Assembly (NCBI GenBank): GCA_002269645.1
Contig: NIVC01000654.1
Span: 367,255 to 431,254, forward strand
Direction: 5' to 3'
DNA length: 64,000 nucleotides
From: Macrostomum lignano
Taxonomy: Eukaryota
Each line of letters begins with the position of its first letter. Within the stretch, counting starts at the first letter, position 1. Below are positions 26,536 through 39,900 of this stretch, piece by piece. A program made the position numbers and the translations under genes. A model generated the notes under the pieces. The model was not told the origin of the DNA and searched no databases. It saw nothing but the letters and a program-made list of their open reading frames with translations.

Positions 26536-26783
26536 CATTCATATGCAACCTCTCTGATTTACTGGTACACTAGCCTTGTGATTTACTTTTTGACCAAAAA
26601 TGTAACTTACCCATGAAAGAAGCCTAAGCAAAAATCAACATAATTTTGGGTAAATGGCAGGAGTAACTATAATTATATTATTAAGGCTAAATGCCTAATC
26701 ATCTAATTAATAATTTGTCTGTATTTTTGCAATTTATCTTGGCTGGATGCTAGGTCCCTTGCCAGATCAGCTAGTTATGTATA
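26536..26783 (+). mobile_element. Older direct copy of the 21601-21875 MITE
   Basis: Shares ttactttttgaccaaaaatg, ttttgggtaaa.ggcaggagtaactat and gccagatc. TIRs eroded. Confidence 0.75.
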
Positions 26784-27589
26784 GATAAAAGCAAATCTAG
26801 AATTTTTATTTGCATTTTCTTGATTTTTGAGATAAACTTATACTATACCTAGTTAGGCAAAAGCTATTTGATTCTTTGAGATATAATTTATTAGCATGCT
26901 TTCTCTTTTTAGCATATGTAGCTTTTTTCTTATATCTGTGAAAAGTATAAGCCTATATATACTACAAGTATATGATGATTTAGTTTAGAGCATTAAATTG
27001 ATTGCATCAAGGTAGTATTTATACAAGTAGGCAATTGAACAGAGAACAAAAAACCCTTTTGCTAATATTCTATTACTATAATGTCATGATTTCATTATCA
27101 TAATAATAACTTATTAGAAGGTAGTGCTTTGTTTTGGTTTAGGTAATCAATAGAAATTTGATCAGGGATTTGTAAAGTGATTTGAGTCACTGCTATCAGT
27201 ATATATTTATAGATATATGATGAATGATTTCCAGAAATTTCTAGAAAGATTGACTGCATTGTAACAAAGAGATCAGATTCTTAATTATATAGGTTATGCA
27301 AATATAAGTACAAGTAGAATACTGCAGTTATATGCATACTATTTACTATGCATATATTATGAATAAGCTGCTAATCCAAAGAAGTTTCTGGAAGGATAAT
27401 GAATGGCATTTAAAAATATGATGAAAATTTGAGGTTATTAAAGTACAATACAATGGTTTTGAATGGCATTAAGTGTGCTTTCTATAGCCTTATGACCACA
27501 CTGCTGATACAAATAACAATATGAAAATGTTCAATTACTATAACAGAGTAGAGTAGCAATAAATGCATCTGCCTCTCATGTTGTCAATT

Positions 27590-27761
27590 CATACATGCGC
27601 AACCTTGGGAATCACCCGGCCGTTTCTATTGGCAACACACACATGTAAGTCGCTATTGGCTGAGAGCAGTCACATGACTACTATTCTGTCCAAAAGCGAC
27701 TTACATGTGTGTGTTGCCAATAGAAACGGCCAGGTGAATCCCTAGGTTGCGCCCAAGCATG
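27590..27761. mobile_element. Hairpin-type MITE with arms of about 58 bp, beginning with the same CATACATGCGCAAC terminus
   Basis: 27597-27654 is a near-perfect reverse complement of 27695-27752. Confidence 0.8.
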
Positions 27762-28119
27762 TTTGTCATGCTACAAATCCTGGTTCAATTCACATTCATC
27801 TAAGGCTTTTGCATAAAAATTAACTAGAGGGTTTGTTGTAGTATTCACAACCTGCAAAGGCTGACCCCCAAGGTACAAAAAGTGTACATGCCTGATTATT
27901 AGAAAGTCTAGGCCGCTTAGGAGTCAGTGGAATTGCCTCAGTGCTGGCTGTGGGACAATGGCGCCAAAGGCATTGTGCTGAGGTGCTCCATAGCTCTACT
28001 GCAATTAAGATCATTGCTCATAAAGCTAAATTAATAGTAATTTATTACACCTGTCCTAATTAGCAGATGTGTAACTGACAGCTCAGCCGCAGCTATTGCG
28101 CGTGCATCTATAGGCTGTG

Positions 28120-28347
28120 TATGGCTGTTCAGTCCAATGACTAAGGGGGGTGGGGGTCCCCACACACACACCCTCAATTACCCCAGCCCCAGCTAATACC
28201 GGCACCCATTTTAAAGCTGGGTGAACTGAAGCAATGCAGAGTTAAGTGTCATGCTCAAGGACACAATTGTTCCGAGTGGGTCGAAAATCGAACCCCTGAC
28301 CTTCAAATCATGAGTCCAACGCTCTGACCACTAGGCTGCAACCCCTC
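28120..28347 (-). mobile_element. tRNA-derived SINE with a CORE/Meta-like central domain
   Basis: Minus strand gcagcctagtggtcagagcg (A box), ggttcgatt (B box), then tgtccttgagcatgacacttaac...cacccagctttaaaatggg. The 3' boundary is approximate. Confidence 0.8.
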
Positions 28348-28654
28348 TAATAAACTTATTAAACAATATTCATAAAATATGTATACAAAAGCTCTCAAAA
28401 ACAAGTAATTTTCGGTGCTAACAATTGCTAGATACCTGCATTAAAATCAATGCAATCATTTGGTACTGCTGTAATTGTATCATATTTTTATGCTAATCAA
28501 TCATGATTTATCAACTTTCAATGAAACTAATGCATGCGCCCAATCACGCCAGATGTCTAATAAGTTTCTAATTGTTCTTTACTAACTCGGCCTGATTGGA
28601 TTGCAGTTAAAACCAACTCAGCTTGTTTGAGATTATTAATAGCTAGAGCTAGCA

Positions 28655-28984
28655 ATGGACTCCGGCTCCGAGGTTAGCGGCTTCTCCCGCGGCTTCAGGG
28701 GCGGCGGCAGTGGCGGCTCCGGTGGCCACCGAGACAATGACAGCGTTGAAAGCTTTGACGTACGAAAATCGTTCAAAGCGAAAAAGTCGCTTGGACAGAG
28801 ACAAGCGGAATCGTATCATATTAAAACCAAATTTCCCGCGAAGATTCCCGTGATTGTTGAACGCTACGAGAAGGAGAGAACTCTGCCGCATTTGGATAAG
28901 ACCAAATTTTTAGTGCCGCAGGAGCTCACCATGGGCCAGTTTGCCACTATTATTAGGAACCGAATGAAAATTGATCATAGCCAG
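28655..28984 (+). CDS. MAP1LC3C: ATG8-family protein, LC3C-like, exon 1
   Basis: SFKAKKSLGQR...KFPAKIPVIVERYEKERTLPHLDKTKFLVPQELTMGQF. Donor CAG|GTGAGA, phase 0. Subfamily assigned from recall. Confidence 0.9.
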
Positions 28985-29077
28985 GTGAGACAGGGGTTCT
29001 TTTTATAGATTTCTAGTTTTCTGTGAGGTGACAATTTTTGTGCCCTTGCGTTCAGTTGAGATGCAATTTGATGCATT

Positions 29078-29220
29078 CAGCTATTGAGATTTGATGCATT
29101 CAGCTGATGAGATTTGATGCATTCAGCTGATGAGATTTGATGTATTCAGCTAATGAGATTTGATGTATTCAGCTGATGAGATTTGATGTATTCAGCTGAT
29201 GAGATTTAATGTATTCAGCT
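29078..29220. repeat. 23-bp minisatellite in the LC3 intron (ttcagctgatgagatttgatg(c/t)a), about 6 copies
   Basis: Direct reading. Confidence 0.9.
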
Positions 29221-29237
29221 ACTCAATTTGCCTGTGA

Positions 29238-29612
<375 letters not shown>

Positions 29613-30089
29613 AAAAGCAACACAAACAGAGTATAGCTTTGTTCGGTGGTCGGTATTACAGTTGTATAGTTCATTGCTTGTCCATGGGTTTCTTGCTGTT
29701 GTATGCCGTGTTGGATGTTGTCATTTTGACAATTATTTTGTCTGATAATAACAATTAGAGTTTCTGTGTGGGGGTTATAAATTTGCACTGGCTGCGTATT
29801 GAACGAAGCCTTCTGTTTAAAATTTAATGTACTCCTTGCGTTGCACCGTGCGAACTCCGTAAACAAATTGTATTTTCCTGCGCTATTTTTTTTTCAACCA
29901 GATCGTTCCATAGAGAATGGAATTCGTTTTATTCTTTTAATAGATTTTCGGTTGGTTCCAGTCAATGGCGTTCACAATTTAAGACACTTTAAAGTCTAGA
30001 CTATGGTTGTTTGAAGAGGGCAAAAAGCTTTGCTGACAAACTTGAATTGAATCGAGTGCTGAGTGTGTCTAAAACTGGTTTTCTATGGC

Positions 30090-30710
30090 GCTAAATGTGT
30101 CTGAATGGCGCCTAATGTGTGTCTGGGTGGCGCCAAATGTGTGTCTGGGTGGCGCTTAATGTGTGTCTGGGTGGCGTCAAATGTTTGTCTGAGTGGCGCC
30201 TAATGTGTGTCTGGGTGACGCTTAATGTGTGTCTGGGTGGCGCCAAATGTTTGTCTAAGTGGCGCCTAATGTGTGTCTGGGTGGCGCCTAATGTGTGTCT
30301 GGGTGGCGCCAAATGTTTGTCTGAGTGGCGCCTAATGTGTGTCTGGGTGGCGCTTAATGTGTGTCTGGGTGGCGCCTAATGTGTGTCTGGATGGCGCCAA
30401 ATGTGCGTCTGGATGGCGTTAAAAATTTTTAGGTTGCGCCAAATGTGTGGGTAGCGCTAAATGTGTCCGGGTGGTTCGTAATGTGTGACTCGATGGCGCT
30501 AAATGTGTCTGAGTGACGCCAGATGTGTCCTGATGTCCCATAATGTGCGTGGTCAATACAAAATGTCGTCTCGGATCTGTGTGTCTGATTGGCGCTAAAT
30601 GTGTCCAAGTAGCGTCAAATGTGTCTGGTCGGATCTAAATGTGTCTGGATGGCGCTAAATGTGTCTGAGTGTCGCCAAATGTGCATGTGGATGGCGCTAA
30701 ATATGTCCTC
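30090..30710. repeat. 22-bp minisatellite (ggcgcctaatgtgtgtctgggt), degrading 3'
   Basis: Visible periodicity. Confidence 0.9.
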
Positions 30711-31199
30711 AATACAGAATTCTGTACCAAGCGGTGCAAAGCACACTCGCCACTAAAAGTACATGTAATCTCGATGTCCTGCACACTCCTACTTCCTGTT
30801 CTGTTCAGAATGGCTAACTACAGAATTGCTGATTTCTAATTTTTAATTGCCAATAAATTTCTATTTTTTGTTTCGTTTATCTCAACTTCCAAAAGCGTTT
30901 AATGTCTCCTCAATTTAAGAAAGTTCTTCCAGTACTTTTATTTTCACCAAAATACAGCTAATCCCATTAAGTTTTTTTTTTCAAATTTTACAAGACAGTT
31001 AGTGAATTAGTGCCTTTTTCATGTGTCCGATTGGCTCTCTCAGTCAGGTCTGATGTGGAAGACTTTCATGTGCAAAGCGCAGCTGGCTTTTTTGTTTCCA
31101 TGTTTTTTTTTCTTTGCCCCGTTGTTTGCTTTTAGTTTGCCGTTGAATCGCTTGAATGCTTAATTTAGGGATTATAGAACGCCTAAATAAACCAGTTCT

Positions 31200-31860
31200 A
31201 AGAATCGCCGAAGTAGATAAATTCTAAGAATCGTGGAAATATAGCAATTCTAAGAATCACCCAAAATTGGGCAATTCTAAGAATCGCCCGAAATAGGGCA
31301 ATTCTAAGAATCGCCCAAAATAGAGCAATTCTAAGAATCGCCCAAAATAGAGCAATTCTAAGAATCGCCCAAAATAGAGCCTTTCTCAGAATCGCCCAAA
31401 ATAGAGCAATTCTAAGAATCGCCCAAAATAGAGCAATTCTAAGAATCGCCCAAAATAGAGCAATTCTAAGAATCGCCCAAAATAGATCAATTCTAAGAAT
31501 CACCCAAAATAGGGCAATTCTAAGAATCACCCAAAATAGGGCAATTCTAAGAATCACCCAAAATAGGGCAATTCTAAGAATCACCCAAAATAGGGCAATT
31601 CTAAGAATCACCCAAAATAGGGCAATTCTAAGAATCACCCAAAATAGGGCAATTCTAAGAATCACCCAAAATAGGGCAATTCTAAGAATCACCCAAAATA
31701 GGGCAATTCTAAGAATCACCCAAAATAGGGCAATTCTAAGAATCACCCAAAATAGGGCAATTCTAAGAATCACCCAAAATAGGGCAATTCTAAGAATCAC
31801 CCCCGAAATATGGCAAATAGAGCATCGCCCGAGTTAGAGCAATTCTAAGAATCGCACAAA
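31200..31860. repeat. 27-bp minisatellite (gcaattctaagaatcacccaaaatagg)
   Basis: Visible periodicity. Explains the ILRIALFWV ORF. Confidence 0.96.
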
Positions 31861-32759
31861 AGACATTTCTAAGAATAGCTTAAATACTTCAGTAGAACAG
31901 CTCCAAGAATCGACAAAATATAGAAATTTCAAGAATCGCCCTAAAATGAGACTAAAAAAGATACCATTCTTAGAAAGACCAATTCTTTGAGCATCCTATA
32001 AAACTAATACTTATGGATAGATGGTAACATCACTACTGGTAAAATCTGATTATTATGCTTTTACAAGTCAGTAGCAGATCTGTAAAGCTAATTTGCTATC
32101 TCGCTGATATCCGTAGCGTCAGTCATAATGTTTTGTTGATTTCGTCTGCTGGTTGAATCGTAATGCGTTGAATATTTTATGACATAATTTTTCCCTGTTT
32201 GTTTTTAACGATTAAATCCTTACCCATGTTAATTGTCTTGATGATCATTTCGCCTGTTTTAAACTTGAGAATGGCCGAAAATTGCTGTTTCAATCGAGTA
32301 TTATTAAATATTAATTTATTATTTATAAATGGTATGATATGGCTACGGGTGAATTAATTACGGTAGCTATGCATATTACACAACTAACAAAAATTATTTT
32401 TGTAGTGACAGTATAAATAGGCTATATATAGATAATCATAAGAGTAATATTTATTGCAATAATTCTGTGTGCATATGTAATCTAGGTTGCTAAATAAACA
32501 CTAAAAATTATTTGGGCTTGTGTGTTAACTGATTGATTTTTTGTGCGAAGCAATTAAAACTTTATGGTTGCTGTTTGTTTACTTTATTTTCTAACCACGC
32601 TAAATTACAGCTTTAGTTTTAGTTGATTAAGAAGATCTTGCTTGTGAAATTTATGTAGTATTTTTTGTTTCAAAATTGTACCAACATCAGTAAGAAAAGT
32701 AGGTAGTTGAATGCAGTGCCGATATGTTGAGTTATAAACTTATCACGGTGAGCATAAAG

Positions 32760-33635
32760 AGAGAGCTGCGGTGATAATAGAGCAAGTTATGGTGAGAAAC
32801 GAGAGCTACAGTGAGAATAGAGAAAGCTACGGTGAGAATTGAGAGAGGTACAGTGAGAATAGAGGGAGCTACAGTCAGAAAAGAGGGAGGTACGGGGAGA
32901 CTAGAGAGAGATACGGTGAGAATAGAGAGTTATGGTGAAAATAAAGAGAGGTACGGTGAGAGTAGAGAGAGCTACGGTGAGAATAGAGAGAGCTATAGTG
33001 AGAATAGAGGGAGGTACGGTGAGAGTAGAGAGAGCTACGGTGAGAATAGAGAGAGCTATAGTGAGAATAGAGGGAGGTACGGTGAGAGTAGAGAGAGCTA
33101 CGTTGAGAATAGAGAGTTACGGTGAGAATAGAGAGAGCTATAGTGAGAATAGAGGGAGGTACGGTGAGAGTAGAGAGAGCTACGTTGAGAATAGAGAGTT
33201 ATGGTGAGAATAGAGGGAGGTACGGTGAGAGTAGAGAGTTATGGTGAGAATAGAGAGAGCTACGGTGAGAATAGAGAGTTATGGTGAGAATAGAGCTATG
33301 GGGAGAATAGAGAGTTATGGTGAGAATAGAGAGGGCTATGGTGAGAATAGAGAGAGCTATGGTGAGAGTAGAGAGAGCTACGCTGAGAATAGAGTTATGG
33401 TGAGAATAGAGAGCTATGGTGAGAATAGAGAGAGCTATGTATGGTGAGAATAGAGAGCTATGGTGAGAATAGAGAGCTATGGTGAGAATAGAGAGAGCTA
33501 TGGTGAGAATAGAGAGAGTTATGGTGAGAATAGAGAGAGCTATGGTGAGAATAGAGAGAGCTATGATGAGAATAGAGAGAGCTATGATGAGAATAGAGCT
33601 ATGGTGAGAATAGAGAGAGCTATGGTGAGAATAGA
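32760..33635. repeat. 19-21 bp minisatellite (ggtgagaatagagagagctac)
   Basis: Visible periodicity. Confidence 0.93.
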
Positions 33636-34384
33636 GAACCAAAATAGTTTGTAATCGGTCATTTTAAATCGCTTATACAACTGTGTAAAAGTAAATTCCT
33701 ATTAGTACTTTTATTGTTGTTAGAATTTCGCATCACTTTTCGTATTCAGCACTTACACTTGTATTTTAGTGAGTTTTTTTAGAGAACAGTAAGGAATAAT
33801 CTGCAAATTATAATTTATTAGGTTTAACAGGGGAAGGCATTAGGAGCGAACTAACAAAGCAGTATATTTTGACTTTTTTATATGGTCATATAATTTATTC
33901 TTAATTTCCATGTACTGGTGTATATTTTTTCTTAAATAGTTGGGGTGTACGTACAATATACTCGTACATATATTTAATATATAGTCGTAGCTACGTCGCC
34001 ACATTGTATAAAAAAGGCGTTTACTCCGTTTTTTTCAACCACTTCTGTAAGCTCTCAGGCCACACCATAGTTTTGTGTGGGTGGTGTTGGTGCAGGCGCT
34101 CGCGCATGCCATATTATAGCTATGGAATCTATTCGCCCCTCTCTCCTCTCTGTCTGATCGATTGGCGAAACGGGCGACAGCGGAACTGCCGGTCTGGGCC
34201 GGGGTTATGGCAGCCGACTAAGCTCATTGTGCGTGCGTGTGTGAGTACTCATTATTATATTTATTTAGTACGCACTTTGTATCCCGTGTGCATGTTGCTT
34301 TCTCTCCCTCCATTTTGGTGTGTTTTGTTTCTGCTGAACTCTGTTTCTAACTGTGCTCTTTAATCCGTCTCCTTTTTCTTAATC

Positions 34385-36000
34385 TTCTCTTTCCCTCTCA
34401 CTCCTGCCTCTCTCCCTCTCCCGCCTCTCCCTCTCCCGCCTCTCTCCCTCTCCTGCCTCTCTCCCTCTCCCGCCTCTCCCCCTCTCCCGCCTCTCCCCCC
34501 TCTCCCGCTTCTCTCCCTCCCCGCCTCTCTCCCTCTCCCGCCTCTCCCGCCTCTCTCCCCTCTCCCGTCTCCCTCTCCCGCCTCTCTCCCTCTCCCGCCT
34601 CTCTCCCTCTCCCGCCTCTCCCCCTCTCCCGCTTCTCTCCCTCTCCTGCCTCTCTCCCTCTCCCGCCTCTCCCTCTCCCGCCTCTCTCCCTCTCCTGCCT
34701 CTCTCCCTCTCCCGCCTCTCCCCCTCTCCCGCCTCTCCCTCTCCCGCCTCTCTCCCTCTCCCGCCTCTCTCCCTCTCCCGCCTCTCCCTCTCCCATCTCC
34801 CCCCCTCTCCCGTCTCCCTCTCCCGCCTCTCCCCCTCTCCCGCCTCTCCCTCTCCTGCCTCTCCCCCCTCTCCCGCTTCTCTCCCTCCCCGCCTCTCTCC
34901 CTCTCCCGCCTCTCTCCCTCTCACGCTTCTCTCCCTCTCCTGCCTCTCTCCCTCTCCCGCCTCTCCCCCCTCTCCCGCTTCTCTCCCTCCCCGCCTCTCT
35001 CCCTCTCCCGCCTTTCTCCCTCTCCCGCCTCTCTCCCTCTCCCGCCTCTCTCCCTCTCCCGCCTCTCTCCCTCTCACGCTTCTCTCCCTCCCCGCCTCTC
35101 TCCCTCTCCCGCCTCTCTCCCTCTCCTGCCTCTCTCCCTCTCCCGCCTCTCCCCCTCTCCCGCTTCTCTCCCTCCCCGCCTCTCTCCCTCTCCCGCCTCT
35201 CCCCCTCTCCCGCCTCTCTCCCCTCTCCCGTCTACCTCTCCCGCCTCTCTCCCTCTCCCGCCTCTCTCCCTCTCACGCTTCTCTCCCTCCCCGCCTCTCT
35301 CCCTCCCCCGCCTCTCTCCCTCTCCCGCCTCTCTCCCTCTCCCGCCTCTCTCCCTCTCCTGCCTCTCTCCCTCTCCCGCCTCTCCCCCCTCTCCCGCTTC
35401 TCTCCCTCCCCGCCTCTCTCCCTCTCCCGCCTCTCTCCCCTCTCCCGTCTCCCTCTCCCGCCTCTCTCCTCTCCCGCCTCTCTCCCTCTCCCGCCTCTCC
35501 CCCTCTCCCGCTTCTCTCCCTCCCCGCCTCTCTCCCTCTCCCGCCTCTCTCCCTCTCCCGCCTCTCTCCCTCTCCCGCCTCTCTCCCTCTCCCGCCTCTC
35601 TCCCTCTCCCGCCTCTCCCCCTCTCCCGCTTCTCTCCCTCCCGCCTCTCTCCCTCTCCCGCCTCTCCCCCTCTCCCGCCTCTCTCCCCTCTCCCGTCTCC
35701 CTCTCCCGCCTCTCCCCCTCTCCCGCTTCTCTCCCTCCCCGCCTCTCTCCCTCTCCCGCCTCTCCCCCCTCTCCCGCCTCTCTCCCCTCTCCCGCCTCTC
35801 CCTCTCCCGCCTCTCTCCCCTCTCCCGTCTCCCTCTCCCGCCTCTCTCCCCTCTCCCGTCTCCCTCTCCCGCCTCCCTCTCCCGTCTTCCTCTTCCGCCT
35901 CTCCCCCCTCTCCCGTCTCCCTCTCCCGCCTCTCTAACCTCTCCCGTCTCCCTCCCATCTCTCTCCCCTTCCCGCCTCTCTCCCTCTCCTGCCTCCCTTC
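34385..36000. repeat. CT-rich tandem repeat (ctctcccgcctct variants)
   Basis: Direct reading. Confidence 0.95.
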
Positions 36001-36875
36001 TGTCTCCAATTTTTATATCATTTTTGCTACGATCCTGTCGTTTTGGTACGATGATGTAGTTATATATTGTCAAAAAAGTGCACAGAGAACTCTCCCTGGA
36101 ATCTGTTGAGTTAGTTGTGTAGTTGTATTTATACAGGCCGTGGCTACTATGTGGCCAAATATTGAAGTTCCTCTCCGACTGGTAGGGTGACGAAACAACA
36201 CGCCAGCCAGGGAAGGGAGGGCGGGCCTTGGTATAAGATTTGCAGAGATTTTTTCCTGCGCAGATTTTCCGTATTTGTTCTGGTTTTGCCCTTCAATATA
36301 CTTATACTGTTACCTAATTAGGCTTATTGTGGCTTTGTACGACTTTTATACGTTGGCCCTTTGGCCCTTGTGCCAATATTAGAGACCTTGTCCTTCTCTA
36401 TACTCCCTCTCCTCTCTACCACTTGTTCTCACCCTCCCTCTCCTCTCCTCTCTACCGCTTCTTCTCACCCTCCCTCTCCTCTCCTCTCTTCTGTGCCGCT
36501 TGTTCTTACTCTCCCTCTCCTCTGCCCACTGCTAGTTCTCTACACGAAAATACAATCAAAGCAATTCTTCTTTTGCAAGATAACCCACAATGTGTGTTTC
36601 TTCAGTATTAATTTCTCCTAATCAGGGATCAACTTTCGCTTTTAGAATAGTTATTAATTAAGTCTACAGTCAGTCGTTTACCAAAGGCTACGATCGCTTA
36701 TCTTTTGGTGGCCTACAGCTCCGATAATTATAAGGCGTGAATATTCTTAATTAGTGAGATCGTATTTCGTGTCCAAAAGTCCTAATCCAGCACTCTTTTA
36801 TTTCATATATTTTGCTGCTTGCCCCGCGAGGAAGCAAATAGTAGAGAAGTGAAAAAAACAGTGGCTGCTCGCTAA

Positions 36876-36982
36876 TGCGCGCATGCCATTTCACTCCCAC
36901 GCAGTTTACAGCAATCAATTTTTAGATTGAGTATAGGGGGGTTCTGGTGCAGTGTACTGGTGGCTGATCTTTGATCGGTTCG
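36876..36982 (+). promoter_or_regulatory. Candidate promoter (NRF1-like TGCGCGCATGC) and non-coding leader exon ending at donor TTCG|GTTAGT
   Basis: Motif at 36876-36886. Donor at 36983 lies immediately before the 22-bp satellite. Motif-level evidence only. Confidence 0.35.
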
Positions 36983-36989
36983 GTTAGTT

Positions 36990-39900
36990 TAGCTCAGTTG
37001 GTCTCTTATCTGTATCTGGCCTGTCTCTTATCTGTATCTGGTCTGTCTCTTATCTGTATCTGGCCTGTCTCTTATCTGTATCTGGCCTGTCTCTTATCTG
37101 TATCTGGCCTGTCTCTTATCTGTATCTGGTCTGTCTCTTATCTGTATCTGTATCTGGTCTGTCTCTTATCTGTATCTGGTCTGCCTCTTATCTGTATCTG
37201 GCTGTCTCTTATCTGTATCTGCCTGTCTCTTATCTGTATCTGGCCTGTCTCTTATCTGTATCTGGCCTGTCTCTTATCTTTATCTGGCCTGTCTCTTATC
37301 TGTATCTGGCCTGTCTCTTATCTGTATCTGGTCTGTCTCTTATCTTTATCTGGCCTGTCTCTTATCTGTATCTGGCCTGTCTCTTATCTGTATCTGGCCT
37401 GTCTCTTATCTGTATCTGGCCTGTCTCTTATCTGTATCTGGTCTGTCTCTTATCTGTATCTGGCCTGTCTCTTATCTGTATCTGGCCTGTCTCTTATCTG
37501 TATCTGGCTTGTCTCTTATCTGTATCTGGCCTGTCTCTTATCTGTATCTGGCCTGTCTCTTATCTGTATCTGGCTTGTCTCTTATCTGTATCTGGCCTGT
37601 CTCTTATCTGTATCTGGCCTGTCTCTTATCTGTATCTGGCCTGTCTCTTATCTGTATCTGGCCTGTCTCTTATCTGTATCTGCCTGTCTCTTATCTGTAT
37701 CTGGTCTGTCTCTTATCTGTATCTGGTCTGTCTCTTATCTGTATCTGGCCTGTCTCTTATCTGTATCTGGCCTGTCTCTTATCTGTATCTGGCCTGTCTC
37801 TTATCTGTATCTGGTCTGTCTCTTATCTGTATCTGGCCTGTCTCTTATCTGTATCTGGCCTGTCTCTTATCTGTATCTGGCCTGTCTCTTATCTGTATCT
37901 GGCCTGTCTCTTATCTGTATCTGGCCTGTCTCTTATCTGTATCTGTATCTGGCCTGTCTCTTATCTGTATCTGTATCTGGTCTGTCTCTTATCTGTATCT
38001 GCCTGTCTCTTATCTGTATCTGGCCTGTCTCTTATCTGTATCTGGTCTGTCTCTTATCTTATCTGGCCTGTTTTTTATCTGTATCTGGCCTGTTTTTTAT
38101 CTGTATCTGGCCTGTCTTTTATCTCTATTTGGCCTGTCTCTTATCTGTATCTGGCCTGTCTCTTATCTGTATCTGGCCTGTCTCTTATCTGTATCTGGCT
38201 TGTCTCTTATCTGTATCTGGCCTGTCTCTTATCTGTATCTGGCCTGTCTCTTATCTGTATCTGGCTTGTCTCTTATCTGTATCTGGCCTGTCTCTTATCT
38301 GTATCTGGCCTGTCTCTTATCTGTATCTGGCCTGTCTCTTATCTGTATCTGGCCTGTCTCTTATCTGTATCTGGCCTGTCTCTTATCTGTATCTGGCCTG
38401 TCTCTTATCTTTATCTGGCCTGTCTCTTATCTGTATCTGGCCTGTCTCTTATCTGTATCTGGTCTGTCTCTTATCTTTATCTGGCCTGTCTCTTATCTGT
38501 ATCTGGCCTGTCTCTTATCTGTATCTGGCCTGTCTCTTATCTGTATCTGGCCTGTCTCTTATCTGTATCTGGTCTGTCTCTTATCTGTATCTGGCCTGTC
38601 TCTTATCTGTATCTGGCCTGTCTCTTATCTGTATCTGGCTTGTCTCTTATCTGTATCTGGCCTGTCTCTTATCTGTATCTGGCCTGTCTCTTATCTGTAT
38701 CTGGCTTGTCTCTTATCTGTATCTGGCCTGTCTCTTATCTGTATCTGGCCTGTCTCTTATCTGTATCTGGCCTGTCTCTTATCTGTATCTGGCCTGTCTC
38801 TTATCTGTATCTGCCTGTCTCTTATCTGTATCTGGTCTGTCTCTTATCTGTATCTGGTCTGTCTCTTATCTGTATCTGGCCTGTCTCTTATCTGTATCTG
38901 GCCTGTCTCTTATCTGTATCTGGCCTGTCTCTTATCTGTATCTGGTCTGTCTCTTATCTGTATCTGGCCTGTCTCTTATCTGTATCTGGCCTGTCTCTTA
39001 TCTGTATCTGGCCTGTCTCTTATCTGTATCTGGCCTGTCTCTTATCTGTATCTGGCCTGTCTCTTATCTGTATCTGTATCTGGCCTGTCTCTTATCTGTA
39101 TCTGTATCTGGTCTGTCTCTTATCTGTATCTGCCTGTCTCTTATCTGTATCTGGCCTGTCTCTTATCTGTATCTGGTCTGTCTCTTATCTTATCTGGCCT
39201 GTTTTTTATCTGTATCTGGCCTGTTTTTTATCTGTATCTGGCCTGTCTTTTATCTCTATTTGGCCTGTCTCTTATCTGTATCTGGCCTGTCTCTTATCTG
39301 TATCTGCCTGTCTCTTATCTGTATCTGGCCTGTCTCTTATCTGTATCTGGCCTGTCTCTTATCTGTATCTGGCCTGTCTCTTATCTGTATCTGGCCTGTC
39401 TCTTATCTGTATCTGGCCTGTCTCTTATCTGTATCTGGCCTGTCTCTTATCTGTATCTGGCCTGTCTCTTATCTGTATCTGGCCTGTCTCTTATCTGTAT
39501 CTGGCCTGTCTCTTATCTGTATCTGGCCTGTCTCTTATCTGTATCTGGTCTGTCTCTTATCTGTATCTGGCCTGTCTCTTATCTGTATCTGGCCTGTCTC
39601 TTATCTGTATCTGGCCTGTCTCTTATCTGTATCTGGCCTGTCTCTTATCTGTATCTGGCCTGTCTCTTATCTGTATCTGGCCTGTCTCTTATCTGTATCT
39701 GGCCTGTCTCTTATCTGTATCTGGCCTGTCTCTTATCTGTATCTGGCCTGTCTCTTATCTGTATCTGGCCTGTCTCTTATCTGTATCTGGTCTGTCTCTT
39801 ATCTGTATCTGGTCTGTCTCTTATCTGTATCTGGTCTGTCTCTTATCTGTATCTGGTCTGTCTCTTATCTGTATCTGGCCTGTCTCTTATCTGTATCTGG

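Noticed and set aside
28280-28347. tRNA-like A/B boxes as a tRNA gene
   Set aside because: No complete cloverleaf, and it continues into a SINE body. The same applies to 13201-13265.
34004-36621. ORFs at 34004-34363, 34379-36073 and 36327-36621
   Set aside because: No recognisable domains, and mostly low-complexity CT repeat. The donor near 34253 may belong to a non-coding exon but cannot be supported.
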